Shown: positions 24,301 to 37,775 of the stretch, piece after piece
How positions within the stretch are numbered: position 1 is the first letter of the stretch
Layout of the letters: every line of letters starts with the position of its first letter
Assembly (NCBI GenBank): GCA_003971905.1
Contig: RSEE01000104.1
Coordinates: forward strand, 124,001 to 188,000
Length of the DNA: 64,000 bases
From: Moniliella sp. 'wahieum'
Taxonomy: Eukaryota
Reading direction: 5' to 3'
Notes under the pieces: generated by a model
What the model was told of the DNA's origin: nothing
The model's database searches: none
What the model saw: the letters and a program-made list of their open reading frames with translations, nothing else
Translations under genes and position numbers: made by a program

Positions 24301-24747
24301 TCAACGGACCATGGTGCGCCCGCAGGCCGTCTGCCTTTTTGGGCGCCGCCCACTGACCACCGGCGAGGCTGGGAGCTAACCAGGGCAGGAGGGAGGGAGG
24401 GGAAAGCGTTGAATGCATGGCAAGTGCTCGTTGAGAGATAACGGTACAGAAAGGTACAGATGCGCAGGGCGCAGGGTATGGAACGAGGGGGGCGTACAGT
24501 ACGTGGTTTTTGCTGTTAGAAAAAGGGAAAGGGGGGGGGGGTGCAACATGGGGAGGGGGAACAAAGGGGGCAAGGGAAGAAGGTGATCTCCATAACTCTG
24601 TTGAAGCGGGAACAGCCCTGTTGAGACGGCTGGAGAAACACGGTGGGAGCCCTGTGCCCGTGGAAAAGGGGGGGGGGGGATTAGCGGGTACGGGTGCGGC
24701 GAGTAAATGGATTACTTGCTCACCGCTGTTGACGTGCCTGGGCCAGG

Positions 24748-25493
24748 TCAGAAGGACCGGAGACAGCAGCCTCGGCGGCTACAGTTCTCCTTGGCCGCTT
24801 CCTCATAGATGTGGGATGTGAATGGGCTGCGAGGCGCACAGGGGGTTGGAGGTCCAGGTCAGCAAAAGCAGCTCGATGCGCGGGAGCGCAGCAGGATGGG
24901 GGGGGGGGGGAGGGAGGGGGAATCAAACAGGACAAGACGTACGTTTCGAACCGCAGCGCAATCGTGTACACCACCGCGACCAGCACAGTGAGCCAGACCG
25001 GCAGGCTTGGCGTGCCACAGCGCGGTGGCAGCAAAGCACAGGGTGGAGCCGACGTACATTGGGTCGGCACAGACGTTGAAGGGGAAGCCAGTGACCATTG
25101 CGGGCATCAGAATCAAAAAGTAGTCGCCGAGGTAGGTGCCCGTCACGCCCAGCGCCCACATGGACGAGGCGACGAGGACCGAGCCAATGGCAAAGAGCGT
25201 CACGGCAGCGGCCTGGGCGGCCGGGTGGGCAAGGAGGGCAGGGCCGGCTGGGCGCTGAGCGCCCGCTCGTACAGCGCGTCGCGGACGAGGCCCAGGACGA
25301 AGATGGTGGCGCCGAGGAGGTAGCAGCCGAGGTAGCGGCGGCCGCCGAGGAGGCGGGTGAGCGAGCGGCGGCGGTACTCGTTGCGGGCGACGATGTTCCA
25401 GAAGGTGGGGTTGAAGCAGATCGACGCCGCCGAGATGTAGAGCGACGGCTGGGCCAGGTCGATGTACGGCGCAAGCGTGGCGGCGGCGGACAT
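24748..25493 (-). CDS. OPI3: Phosphatidyl-N-methylethanolamine N-methyltransferase (PEMT family); one intron near the 3' end
   Basis: FNPTFWNIVARNEY, GCYLLGATIFVLGLVRD, SSMWALGVTGTYLGDYF, VTGFPFNVCADPMYVGSTL, FET|PFTSHIY. Confidence 0.92.
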
Positions 25494-25900
25494 GGCGGGG
25501 GTGGGGGGGGGGAGGAGAGGAGGAGGAGGAGGAAGAGGGCGGCAGCCCAGGAAGGAAGGAAGGCAGACAGGTACGTAGGGCAGGCAGGGCGCTTACGTGA
25601 CGGCGGCCCGTGCGGCGTGAAAGGTGCGCGGGTGCGATGCGCGTGGACGGGGTTAGCGCTTAGCACTTACGGCTATTGGCTGCCGACTACCCCGCGGCTA
25701 CTGGCGGCTACCATGCATTGCTACGCCTCAAACGCACGGGCCACATGCCGCACCCATCCCGCCCCAGCTCGTTGCCCGCCAGGCCTGGCCGGCGGACAAT
25801 AAGCACCGAGTGCGCATTGAACACGCCCGCAAAGTACGCCGCCCGCCGCTGCAGCCCGGCAGGCGCCGCAGCTGCTTCCACCATCTCCCGCTGGCCGCTG

Positions 25901-27760
25901 TCAGCGCCGCCACCGTCCGACGCGCGACCGCGTGCGTCGGCACCTCGCCCTCCACTCCACCCGACGCGTCGAGAAGGCGGGCGCGGCGGGCGCGGCAATG
26001 GGCTCGGCGGATTCGGCGGATTTGGCCGACTCGGCGGGCGGGGCCGGGTGGGCTTGCTCGGCCGCGCCGCCGGGCTCTTGCCACTCGGCCTCCAACGCCA
26101 TGCCGACGCCAAAGAGCATGTGCGCGATGCGGCTGCGCTCCAACTGCTCCTCATCCACCTCGTCCAGCGCGTGCAGTGCGTCGGGGTCGGGCGAGGCGCT
26201 GCCCGTGCCCGTGCCCGTGGATGTGCCTGGGGGGGTAGCGTACGCCAAGGCCCAGGCGCGACGCTCGTCCGTGATCCGCGCCACACTCGCCCGCACATAG
26301 GAGCTGGTCTGGATCGCCATGTACCCCAGCAGCAGCGGCAGCAGCACAGGCGCCAAGATGGTGGCGAGGTAGTTGAGGGGAAACCGGAAGGGGAAACGGC
26401 TGGGACGGAGAGCCATCCACGGCACAAGAACCATGCCGGCCAGAGCTTTGCAGGTGGACGAGACGCGCTGCACTGCACCCAGCATGTGGCTCTGCACTTG
26501 CTCCCACCGACTTGGGGCTGGGGCCGTAGTAGTAGGCGCCGAAGCAGAAGCAGAAGCAGGAACAGGGGTAGGTGTCGCCGCGGTAGGCGGAAGCACAGCG
26601 TACGTGTCAATGAGGTGCGGGTAGCCCTCGACGAACGTTCTGTAGTCCCGGGTCGAGTCAGTCAAGTCAGTCAGTACGCCGTCCCCGCAGTCCTTTTGAT
26701 TGAGCAGAACACGTACAGCTGCACCGTTTCGTCCAAGTCATCGGCAAAGGGATCAATTCGAGCAAGGCCGTGCGGAAGGGCACGGTGCGGTCGTGTTTGG
26801 CCGAACCGTAGAAGACCTTGTTGCGAAACAGGGCAAGCGCCTTGAAGAACGCAAGATGAGGGTCTGCCATCGCCTGCAGAAGCGAGCGGCCGCCTTCCTG
26901 CTTATTTTGCGTGAGAAGAGGCGTGTGCTCCCCCGCCTGGCTGGGGGGGCGGGGGGGGAGCTGCCCCACTCGCGGTCAGTGCAGTACAGCTGCTTTCCCG
27001 TCCTGCCCAGCGCAATTTGTCCGAGCGAAGCAAAGACCGTGCCGGACACGGTGCCGGTGGGGGGGATGCCAATGTGCGGCGTGGCGAGCGTGATGAAGTT
27101 GACGGGTGTCAACGGACGGGAAAGGGGGCAGAAGCGCTCGGGGCGGTGAAGAAACCGCGTCGGTAGAGCGCTCCCACGGCGTAGCGCGCGATGAGCCCGC
27201 CGAGCGAATAGCCAATCATGCTGAGGTGGGTGACGGTGTGGCGGACGCCGGGCTGCAGGGCGTTTGGACCGGGAGTGTCGGAGGCCGTGTCGGAGGCCGT
27301 GGTGGAGGCCGTTGCGGCAGCAGTCTGTGGCGGCTCCCTCTCCGGCTCCCTCTCGGACAGAGCCTGTTGCTGGTCGGTGGCCCAGGCATGGATGCGGCGG
27401 ATCTCGGCGTCGATCTCGCGGATGACCCGCTCGGCGCACCAGTCGATGCCGTCGTACGTGTTGACCCAGCGGTTGGCCGTGCTGTTGAGGATGACGAGGA
27501 GCGGGCGCTTGGCGGGGTCGGGGGCGGCGGCGGAGGCGGCGGCGGAGCGTGGCGGCGGCGGGAGCTCGTTGGGCGGGGCGGGCGCGTGCACGCCGCCGTG
27601 CTGGTCGGCGAGCGTGTCGCACACACACGCCAGGTTGGAGGGGTCGCCCCACAGGCCGTGCACGGCAAGACGAGGTGCACGGCTGGGCCATCGGCGCGGC
27701 GTGGAGAGGTGGTTAGGGAGGGGGGATGGGTTGGCCCACGGATGCACTGGCGAATAGATC
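25901..27760 (-). CDS. DUF676 putative serine esterase/lipase (Rog1/Lpl1-like); frameshifted, start uncertain
   Basis: VHGLWGDP, TYDGIDWCAERV, SMIGYSLGGLIARY (GxSxG), NFITLATPHIG, HDRTVPF, GVFNAHS. Confidence 0.85.
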
Positions 27761-27922
27761 CCGCCCTCAGAATCATTAATCAGGTGCCACATGCCCGGCC
27801 CAATCGGGCGGCGGGTGTTGCACCGAAGAGGCGGTGGCTGCGACTTGTTCTCGGGACTTCCATTGGTCTTCCTCCCCAAGCATCTTGCTTTTTTTGTCCC
27901 GGCCATCCAGAACTCCGCCGCC

Positions 27923-28045
27923 GCCACCACCGCCTCCTTCGTCACCACCACCACCACCTTCGTCACCACCACCGCCTCCTTCGTCACCACCATCGCCTCC
28001 TTCGTCACCACCACCGCCTCCTTCGGTACCACCACCACCACCTCC
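27923..28045. repeat. 21-bp minisatellite (CCACCACCGCCTCCTTCGTCA, ~5.5 copies) between divergent genes
   Basis: Unit read directly, with minor variants. Confidence 0.85.
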
Positions 28046-28075
28046 GTCCCCCCCCCCCTCCCCCCCTCACTCCCA

Positions 28076-29677
28076 ATGCTGCGCCCGCTGCTGGGCGTCT
28101 GCCCCTCCGCGCTGCCGCCGCCGCCCGCGCCGCTTCTCCACCTACCCGCCCCTATTCCTCCCGCCACGCCGACGATCCCGCCGCGCCCACCTCCTCCACC
28201 TCCACCTCCACCTCCGCCGCTGGCGGGTGGCTGGACCCCTTCCAGGACAACCCACACTACCGCACCCAGACGCGCGGCTGGGCCACATCCGATGATGCGC
28301 ATCCGGACCCCGACCCGACGCTGAGGTTGAGGTCGACATGGAGGCCTACCATCTGTCCGACCGGGTTGCCCAGGGCTGGGCGCCGCGTGGGTCGGACTTT
28401 ATGGATCCGCAGTCGGCCATTCCTGAGCGCGAGCGCGCCGCGCTGTCCAGCCTCTTCTCCCAGTACGAGCAGCGCCGGTCCACCGATCTGCCCGCGCACT
28501 CCACCCCGGACTTTTCGCATTTGGGCCAACGCAAACGCGACGCGGGCAAGGGCACCGCCTCGGCCTCGGCCCGGGCCAAGACGCCCCAAACAGAGGAAGA
28601 CCCAATGCGCGCATTTGCTCGCCAAAGGAATCTCCGGTCCAAGGTCAAGACGCCCTACCGCGAAGCGCTGCGCGAGTCCACTGCCGTGTCGGCAGCCCAG
28701 ATGAACGAGGTCATGCGACGCGTCACCACCGACTTGGCCGCGTGCCATTCCGATGTGGCAGTGTGGTTGTGGGCAGAAACGAACGTGTTCCCGCCTGCGC
28801 CGGCGCCAGAGGGCGAAAAGCAGTCGGCCCCGCCGCGCCCGTATGGCATGACCACACCGTACTACAGCCGGTGCTGACCGAGCTCGTGATCACGCTCCGC
28901 GACCGGTTCCGCTCGCCGCACATGGCCGTGGCGCTGTACGAGCGGATGAAGAACGTGTCGCTGTCGTCGTATGTGCTGGGGTGCTCGGGGACGCTGCTCA
29001 AGGAGATGCTGCACGTGTTCTGGGGCAGTTTCCGGGACTACGACCGTTGGCGCAGACTGTAGCTGAGGCCCAGGCGGCCGGGGTGATTTCCTTGTCGGGC
29101 ACAGGCGCCGGCGGTCGTCATGGCACGTCGCCAGACGAGTACCCACTCCGCTTGGCTGTCAACCAAATCAACGATCAGGTCTCGGCGCAAATTCGCAGTG
29201 TGCACACCGAGCTGGTTTCGCTGCCCGTTGCCGACCCCCCACGCCGGGACACGAGCAAGATTTCTGGTCGGGCTCCTCTACCTCGCTCGCCACGCAGCCC
29301 GAAGCGGCGTACCACTACTCCGACCCGCTGCCCCAGCGCGCGGTCGACGTGCACGATCTCGCCAACGCGCTGCACGAGAGGAGGATGTGTTTGGCCAAGT
29401 GTTCCAAGAGGAGACCAACATGCAGACCATCAGTACGCCTTCGCCCTTTGCCGGTGGGCCCGCCGAGCAGAGCGAAACGTTGCCGGGCAAAGGCCTGCAT
29501 TCGTACCACCCCGGTCAGGGCGGGCAAACCCAGGTGGTCAAGACGGACTTTGCGGGGGAACTGTTGGCGAACCGGTTGTCCTCAGTCAACGACCAGCTCG
29601 GATTGACAGAGACGCTACACCCACACCAACCGGGCCGGACGCTCTCACTCTACTCACGCCCTCCCTCGTCCTCCTGA
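28076..29677 (+). CDS. Mtf2-like mitochondrial protein; frameshifted
   Basis: Presequence-like start (MLRPLL.../LRAAAAARA...RPYSS). LRDRFRSPHMAVALYERMKNVSLSSYVLGCSGTLLKEMLHVFWGSFRD...AAGV resembles the Mtf2 C-terminal domain. Confidence 0.7.
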
Positions 29678-29909
29678 CCGTCACCACACCAGCCACCCAC
29701 GAGCATAGGGCAGGTAGCTCGCTTCTCTGTACCGGCTAGCTACAGTGTACGCTCGTGTCGCCTCTCCTTTTTGCATATCCTCTGCACACTACTGATCTCC
29801 ATGATGCCATCCCATTCGGCGGGGAAAAAAAGAAGAGCAAGGTAACTTAACTTGTCGACCCAGGTAGACCTTAGCAGTTGGGCTGGACACAGTAACGCCG
29901 ACCGAGGCC

Positions 29910-31097
29910 TTACTTGGTCTCCCTGGCAGAATGAGCTTGGGCAGGTTCCCGCTCTCATCTGGCTTGTATGGGTGGACGAGCCATTCCTGCGAATCCCGGG
30001 GGGGTAGGTCAGGTTAGGTCAGCATTGTTCGCGTGCACACGGCTGCAGGAGAGGGATGAGGAATGACGATAACGTACGGAGAAAGCCTTGATCTTGGGCC
30101 ACCCCGAATCTCTTCGGTCAAAAGCGGCATGCGCACCAGGTGGAAGTCATCCGCATACAGTTCCTCCATCTCGGCCAGATACTTGTCTTGCATCGCCTTG
30201 CGCACCGAGCAGTGTTGGCAGTTGGACCCGGGGGGAGGGTAGAGCAGTTGGTTGCACACAATGGCGGTGTGTCAATCTCATATTGCGTCAGCTCTTGGAT
30301 CAGTCGTTCCGTTTCGTACAGCGACAAGAACTCGGCAATGCACACGCAGACAAACGTGGTTTTTTCCTGGAAATGAAGCGGGTGAGCGGGGAGCAAAAAA
30401 AGGGAGAAAAAAGCAGCTCAAGAAGCTCTTGGAGAGCGAGCGGGAAGGGGACGACGTACCGGGTCCTTGAATTGGGTGTTGACTTCGGTGATGATCGCGC
30501 GCATGCTCTCCGCCGGGCAAACAGTCTTCCTGGTTCGCGCCTGCACTGCCAAGGATCCCGTTGAGCATCGGGCCAAAGCTGCGGCCAAGGGTGGAGAACT
30601 TGGCCAAGGCCTTCTCCAGGACCGAGGGAAGCTGAGGAAACGCAACGTGTGGCCGGTGGGTGCCGTGTCAAATACGACCACGTCGTACTCCATCGACTTG
30701 ACCTGCTTCATAATCTCGGCAAAGCCCATCGCTTCTCCACACCGGGGATGGCAAATGCCATGTCTTGCATGATGGACGCCATGGCGCCACCCTGCGCCGG
30801 ACTGCTGCACCATCTCCTCAATGCTCGACTGCGGGTCGATCTCCATCGCGGACAGGTTGTCAAAGCCAGTGACCTTGGTGGCCTCCTTGCCGAACTTTTG
30901 TCCAAACGCATCGGACAAGTTGTGCGCAGGGTCGGTCGAGATGAGCAGGACCGAGGAGCGCACCTTGGCCAGCTGCACGGCAAGCGAACATGCGGTCGTC
31001 GTCTTGCCACACCGCCCTTGCCGCCGACATAGACCCAGCGGAGCGAATGCTGGTCAATGATGGATGCCAGTGTCGGGTCCAGCGGTTCGTCGGCCAT
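29910..31097 (-). CDS. GET3: GET3/ArsA ATPase (tail-anchored protein targeting); introns, frameshifts; 3' end approximate
   Basis: [69 protein letters not shown], Cxx[11 protein letters not shown]. Confidence 0.95.
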
Positions 31098-31472
31098 GAT
31101 GGGAGGAAAGGGGAGGGGGCAGGAGGAGGAGGTGGTGGTGGTGGTGGTGGCCGGGCAGCGTCGGATGGGACGGGCGGGCTGGCGTTGGCGACGACTGGGC
31201 TCCGCCTGGCCACGGCGGCTTCCTGCGCCACGTGGAGCCAGGGAGTAGGGTTGGGTACAACCCTAGTGCGTCGAAGCGGCTGGAACGCCACCGTCGATTA
31301 GGATCATGGATTGGATCGATCACCGCTACGTCTCGACGAGCACGGGAGGGATGGGTATTATGTGCATGCAATAATCCACCTCGTATCGAACCATCATTAC
31401 CATCGCCACCGCCATCGCCACCGCACCGCCATCCCCATCACCGCCGGACACCTGCTGCCGTAGTGGAGGGAC

Positions 31473-32308
31473 TTAGCCGGGACGACGTCGAGCCCGGTCC
31501 CAGCCATACCCCCCCCCGGGGTGGAACGAAGACATCATACTCGTCTCGTCCAGATCGGCACCCTCAAGTCGTCGTCGTCGGCCAGGGGCTCGGCCAGCGC
31601 CTGGAAGGTGAGCAGGTCGCTGAATGCATTTTGGAAAAACGGGCGCAACTCGCTGATCTCGAGCGAGGAGATGTTTGTCATCTGCAGCACAGCGACAGCG
31701 ACAGCGAGTCAGAGCGTGTGGGGGGGGGGCGGAGGCGCACATAGCCACTCATACGTACCTCCAGGTGGACTGGGTTGAGGGAGGTCATGCCATGGCTGAT
31801 CTTGGCCTGCCGCGCTTCTCGCAGATCTTTCAACACGCGCCGGATGGGCTCGGCATCGGGAATGTCGTCGCCCGCTCTGGATGGGGGGAGGAAGGGGAGC
31901 GGAGGAGCGGGGGCACGGAGGATGGGTCAGGCACAGCGACGCAGCGGGGGGAGGGGGGGGGGAAGAAGATGGGTTGGGCACGGTACGCACACGTCGAGGA
32001 TGGTCTTGGCGGGATGCCGTGGTGGAGAGGGAGGGAGGCAAACTGGGGGTTCTGGATCTCGTCGGTGTAGGTGGCCTGGAGGTGCTCGATGGTGAGCCAG
32101 GGCGGGGGCACGATGCGGCAGCGGTTGCGCTTGCGGAGGGTGAGGGCGAGCCAGAGGGGCACGCGCGTCTGCTGCGGCGGACGGAAGGGGCCGTAGGTGC
32201 CGCCGAGGAGACGCACACGGTCCATCTCGAGGTAGGGCACGATCGCCACCTCCTCCGCCTCGGAGGCGACGTACTCGAGCTCGGTGGGGGTGAGGCCGCG
32301 AGGGACAT
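31473..32308 (-). CDS. PSF2: GINS complex subunit Psf2; two introns
   Basis: LTPTELEYVASE, YGPFRPPQQTRVPLWLALTLRKRNRCRIVPPPWL, DDIPDAEPIRRVLKDLREARQAKI, EISELRPFF. Confidence 0.93.
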
Positions 32309-32549
32309 GGGGGGGATGGGGGGTGGGACGAGGGAGACGACGGAGAGGACGGGGACAAAGAGGCAAACGAACAAAGAGGCAGTTGCGCGTGGCAATCCAA
32401 AAGTGATCCGCGGCGCGTCGCGTTCCGCCCAGAAACCACGTCGGGAGGCTCGACCGCTGATCTCATCCCTCGCCCATCCCATCTGCCCGTCGCGCGGCCC
32501 ACCGCTGCCGCCTCCACCGCCGCCACCCACCACCGCCACCCGCCCCGCC

Positions 32550-35471
32550 ATGGCCAGCTCCCCGCGCCCTCCGCCCCCCGCGGGCCTCGCACACCGCGCG
32601 CCCCTCGTATCCGCCTCCGCCGCCCCGCAAACGCGCCCGCGCCCGACGCCGCCATGCGCGCCTCCCTCCACGCGATCCACTCGCGTCTGCAGCGCATCGA
32701 GTCCGCCTCTTCGCCTCTCGGACCTGCGCGCGCTCGTGCTGGGGATCCAGGAGGACGTGCGGGCGTCGCGCGCTCACTCCCACGCGCACGCCCGCCGCCA
32801 CCGCCATCCCGCTCCCCGTCTGGAAGCCCCACCCCCACTCCCTCCCCCATCCCTCCCCCCATCCCCGCCCCAACGACACAGCCCTTGCGCCCCCGCGCTC
32901 CTCCTCCCGTGCTCACGCCATGCCCACACCCACATCCATTCCCACTCCCACTCCCCATCTCGCTCGCGCTCGCGCTCCCGAGCGCGCTCCCCGCCCCCTC
33001 GCAGCGCCTCCCCGCCTCCCCTAAACACGAACCCAGCACGGAAAAGCGTGCCCCCCTTCCCCCCGTACCCACTGCCAGTGTTCGTTCCACAACACGCCAC
33101 GCGCCACGGGCGCTGCCTTCCCCTCCTGGCGGCAGCCAAGGAGCCCGACCTGACGTCGCAGCCAGGCTTGGCGTCGCTGCCTCCCTCGCACCGGGCTCTG
33201 ATCATGGCACTCCGGGCGCACCTCACCTCGGTCGTCCAGGGCTCCACTTCCTCGGACGCGGTGGCCCAGCTGGCCAACGGACTGCTCGACCCCGCACCTG
33301 CCCCCGTGGAGCAGGCGCCCACTCTGGGTGGCCACGCAGAGCGACTCAGCATGGAGGCCGAGGACGGTCCAGAGCGGTATCTTATTTGGACGATGAGGAC
33401 GATGTGCTGGATATGGACGCGCTCGATGAGCAGGAAGACTCGGCAGAGGAAGAGGAGGACGAAGAGGACGATCGTCGGACATCCATCACCCTCTCCTCTA
33501 GCGAGCACGAACACAGCCACGATGAGGAGGAAGATGAGATGTGGGAAAGTGGGGAAGAAGAGCAAGAACAACATCCGTCGCCCACCTCTCATCCGTCCCC
33601 GCCTGCTCAGAAGGCAGGCAGTGCACCCACCCCGTCGGCCCAGCCCTCCAAACCCGTCAGCAGCGATCCTCCCGATGCGAGGAAGGCGTGGACGAGCTGT
33701 CGACGGCCGAGTCGGAGCTGGAGCCCGAGCGCAGGGCCAACCTCTCTGTCCGCCGCCGACAAGAGAAGATGCCCGACGGAAACGCAAGCACCCTGAAGAC
33801 GACGAACCGCGGCTGGTGCGCGCCCGGACCGAAGCGCCAGCACCAACGCGCCAGCGCCAGCGCCAGCGGTCGCTCCCGCGACCGCTCCCGTCTCCACACC
33901 ATCCGCCTACCCGTTCCTGTTTGATGGCCCGCCGCTCTTTCCTTGGTCCCAAGCAGGCCAGAACGAGGGAGAGCGCCACCGCACAGCCGCGGGAGGAGCA
34001 GCAAGAGCCCCCATGCACCCCCACTTGCCCCAACGCAAATATGGATGGACATGCCCTACCTCGTTCCGGGCGGGCACCTGCTCCCTTCGCCTTCGGCCTC
34101 GTGCCCTCCCGGCCTCTCTGGTCGGATCCAACCCTTCTACCCCTCACCCACCCCACCTTGCTCCTGAACGACCTGCTCCTACGCCGCCGCCTGCCTCACC
34201 CCTGCCCCCCGCTGCACCGCTGCCGTTGTGCCCTCGAGCACAGACCGAACCGACCTCCGCCCCCCCGACCCTGCGATGTGGGACTCGTGTCTTCCCAGCG
34301 GAGGCGCCATGATGGCCGTCGGCGCGTACACGGAAACTGCCAAGGTCCGACGCGTTCGCAAGAAACCAGCCAGCACAACGGGGACCGAGGCCGTAGCTGG
34401 CTCGCCCGCCCGTCACGCGCTTCCCGCCGCTTCGTTGCCCGTCCCGGTCTTGGCTCCTACGCCCGAGCCCGTCCCAGCCGCCTCACCTCTTCCGCAGGCC
34501 CCCACCTTGTCTCCCGATCCAGCCCCGGCGCCGTCTCCTGTTCCCGCTGCCGCCTCCCCTACTACCGCACCGGCCCCGCCACCTGCTAGGCCTTTGGAGC
34601 CTACCCTCTTCCTCCTTTGGCGAATACGACTCTTCCTTCCGGTCCTAATCCTGATCCTGCGCCCTCGCCCACTGCCACCACCGGTTCGGCAGGTCCTGCC
34701 CCTGTTGTCCCTCGTCCTCCCTCTGCCGTCGTGGCGACAACGTCCACCTCAACCTCAACGTCGACGCCCGCCGTAGCCGCGTCGGAGACGGGACCGGACG
34801 ATGCGAATGACGACCTCCGCTCTGTATGCGTTCGCCGCTCCGCCGTCCGCACGAGCCCCAGCGAAACGGGCCAAAAAGCCGGGCAAGTCTTCCGTCGCTC
34901 AAGGCACGTCCGTGCCGCTGGTCACCACGCCAGGCGCCATTCCACGCGGGATTCCCATCCGGAAGGGTTCCCGTTCCCGCCGCCACCGTGGCGGGACGGG
35001 CTGTGGTCCTGGCCGGAGGAAGCGAGCACGGTGCCAGGGCTATGGAAAGTGTGGCACCGCGGACGGCGGCCCAACGAAGCAAGCATCGTGTTCCTCAACA
35101 CGATCTACGGCGCCAGCTGGCGCCGCTCCGTCAAGGAACGACAACATTACTCCTCTCGGTCTCGGATCGTGGAGGAAGTAGCGGCGGTGGCGGCGCACGT
35201 GCTTGCCCATGGCCTGCAAGGCCGCCCTGTCTCCCGCTGAGGGGAGGAAGAAGCGTGCGCTCGCCTGGAAACGGTGCGCGGCGTGTACAGCTTGACGATG
35301 CTCAGCCGCGCGCTGCGGCAGGAGAAGGCAGCGGGCGCTCTGCCCGGTCAATTGGCCGCTCGGGGGCCTGACATTTTCCGTCCGTGCGCCAAACCTAGGC
35401 CGGACCCACAACCACAACCACTGTCCCAATCCCAATCCCAATCCCAATCCCACCACACCACCACCGCCTGA
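32550..35471 (+). CDS. Low-complexity protein with C-terminal GCR1_C (Gcr1/Msn1/Hot1-type) DNA-binding domain; frameshifted
   Basis: TVPGLWKVWHRG...SIVFLNTIYGASWRRSVKERQHYSSRSRIVEEV at ~35030-35180; upstream Pro/acidic-rich fragments; single-gene model is an inference. Confidence 0.65.
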
Positions 35472-35742
35472 ACCGCAAGCACGCCCCGCCGCCGACACGC
35501 CCCTCGGCGCCCGCTCCCTCCCCCCGCGTGCCCACGCCGCCTCCGCCTGGATCCGAGATGAGAAGGGGCGACGACAAATGTATAGTATGCGATACCATCT
35601 CTGCATGTAGAGCAGCACCACGAGCGAGGTGGAGGATAATGGAGAGCGTTAGGTCAGGCGGGGAGGTGGTCATCAGCTTGGAAGTGATCGAGCTGGCTGT
35701 GTGCGCGGTATTTGGACCCTAGTGGTGATGTTTCCGCCAACT

Positions 35743-35834
35743 GCCTCTTTGGCTCAGTGGTAAAGCATCTCACTAGTAAGCCGTTTGGTCTACTATCCAT
35801 GAGAAGATCGGTCGTTCGATTCGGCCAAGAGGCA
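35743..35834 (+). tRNA. tRNA-Thr(AGT), intron-containing
   Basis: GCCTCTT/AAGAGGC acceptor stem, TGGCTCAGTGGTAAAGC D-arm, TCTCA/TGAGA anticodon stem with CT-AGT-A then a ~20-nt intron, GGTCG-TTCGATT-CGGCC T-arm; T6 Pol III terminator at 35838-35843. Confidence 0.92.
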
Positions 35835-36335
35835 ATCTTTTTTGGCTCCCAGGTTCTGCCCGCCAATTTTCCTTGAATTGGTTCAGATGAACAGCCCACA
35901 ATCTATAACACTTACAGCTTTCCTGCTCCGCTCGTACTACGACCCGTGCCACTCTGTGACCCAATGCGTTCGAGGCGAAAGAGGTCCATGAGGCGGACAC
36001 CCATTGCAGGTTTCGAATCAATTTTTCTTTTAGTCGGCGGCGGCGGAGAGGCGCGAAATAGGACAGTGCTAACCAATATAAGGAGGCACGAGAAAAGAGA
36101 AGTCACAGACGAGAATCGATGCGTGCGTGGGTCGTATGAGGAGAGAGAGAAACCAAGGATCTACTAGGCACACCGAATTGAGGCAGTGGACTAAAACCAC
36201 TAAATATCAAAATGGATATTCTGGTCCGAGCCGCACCTGTTTGCCTCACACTCTCAGTCTGGCAGGGGGGCTTAGGGTGGTGCACCATTGCTTCCCTAAA
36301 CAAGCTCAGTGCGGCCCGGACCTCACTGAACCGTT

Positions 36336-37775
36336 TTATTCGTTTTCGGAAGACCGATCGTACTCGGTCGATTCTTCTTTTTCCTCTCCGTCATATGAAT
36401 CATACGAATCATACGGATCGGAATCCGCCTCTTCATCTTCGTCATACGAATCATACGAGTCGGGATCCGTCGCTTCGTCATACGAATCACCAACCATCTC
36501 TTCTTCAGTTAGGGTGGGAAGGGGCTGGGCAGCGAGGCGCTGCTTAGTTGCGGCCCAGACCGGGCCCCAGTCTTCCGCGAGCTGGGTCCGCACTGGTAGT
36601 TCTCCAGCCCCAGGCGGCACGCCCGGCCTCACCATCTCCATGTTGGGGTGTGTGAAACAAATTGTTTGGGAGGGGTGCGCCCAGGCGCAAGACGCTCTCC
36701 ACCTTGATCCTCATTGTCGCCAAACCCCATCTCCGTCAGCGCCTTGACCATTTCCGGCTCAGCAAGCAGCTCGGCCGTGCTGGGCCGTTGGGTGGGCTCG
36801 TAGCAGACCAGGCGGGAAAAGAGCTGACGGAGGTACATCGAGTAGTAGCGGGCCGGAAGTACAGGCGGGAGCAGATTCATTTGGTGTAGAACTTCAAGTA
36901 CCCTTCCAAGTGCTGTACTGGTTTGTACCGGCGGGGAAAAGAAGAGCTTGAGCAAGCATAGCTCGTGCAGTCACACCCCAATGCAAATAGGTCCACCGCG
37001 GGCGTCGACATGGAGCCTGAATAGTACAGTTCGGGCGCCATGTAGCCTGGTGTGCCGCCTTGGGACACAACGCTTGCCTCGCCGGGTCGGAGAAAGCAAG
37101 AGTTGCCAAAATCGGCCAACTTGATCCGCTCGTTGGGGAACAGGAGAATGTTGGAGGGCTTGAGGTCGTGGTGGATCAGGGGATAAAACCCCTTCGTAGT
37201 GCAAGTGATGATGGCAGTAGTCGAGCGCTAGGAGGACTTGCACCATGTACGTCATAATTTGCTTTTCGGAAGCCCTCCGAGGCCCTGCCTCCTGCGAGTC
37301 TGGAGAAGTCGACCCAGATCGCCTTCCGGCGCAAGCTCCATGACCAGATTGTACGTGTGCCCACATAGATTCACTGTTAGCCTTCTTCGTTAGTGCAACG
37401 ACTACTGTACAGAGAGAAGGGAGATGGGGGGGTGATAAGGGGATATATACGTACTGCTTGGTGGAATCGTAAAAGTGGTCGAGGTAGGGCACAATGTGAG
37501 GATGCGAGCTCCTGCAGCGTCCGCACTTCTCGCCACAGTGCCGACCGCCTGTAGTTCGCTTTGGGACCATGCAACGGCGAACGCGTTTGCACGCCACCAG
37601 TTCCCACGTAGTGTACCGCGAGACGCTGACCACTTTGCCGTTGTTGCCCTGCCCCAGGGGCTCAGGCGAGCTGTACTTGCCCACACAGTTCTTCGGCGTA
37701 TCTACCACGGGCCATGACTCTTCGAGAGAGGGGGGCCATCTCCGGCCCGTCCGGTCCGGGCGTATTGGCGGACAT
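36336..37775 (-). CDS. Divergent Ser/Thr protein kinase (Nek/NimA-like, non-RD) with acidic tail; frameshifted, probable intron
   Basis: LGQGNNGKV, VACKRV, HPHIVPYLDHF, LVMELAPEGDL, LLALDYCH, HHDLKPSNILL, LADFG, GTPGYMAPE, DLFALG, QRPSTAELL; TATATAAAA on the minus strand at ~37884-37892. Confidence 0.8.

Noticed and set aside
15160..28045. CRISPR-like array among the tandem repeats
   Set aside because: The repeats lack unique spacers and the context is eukaryotic.
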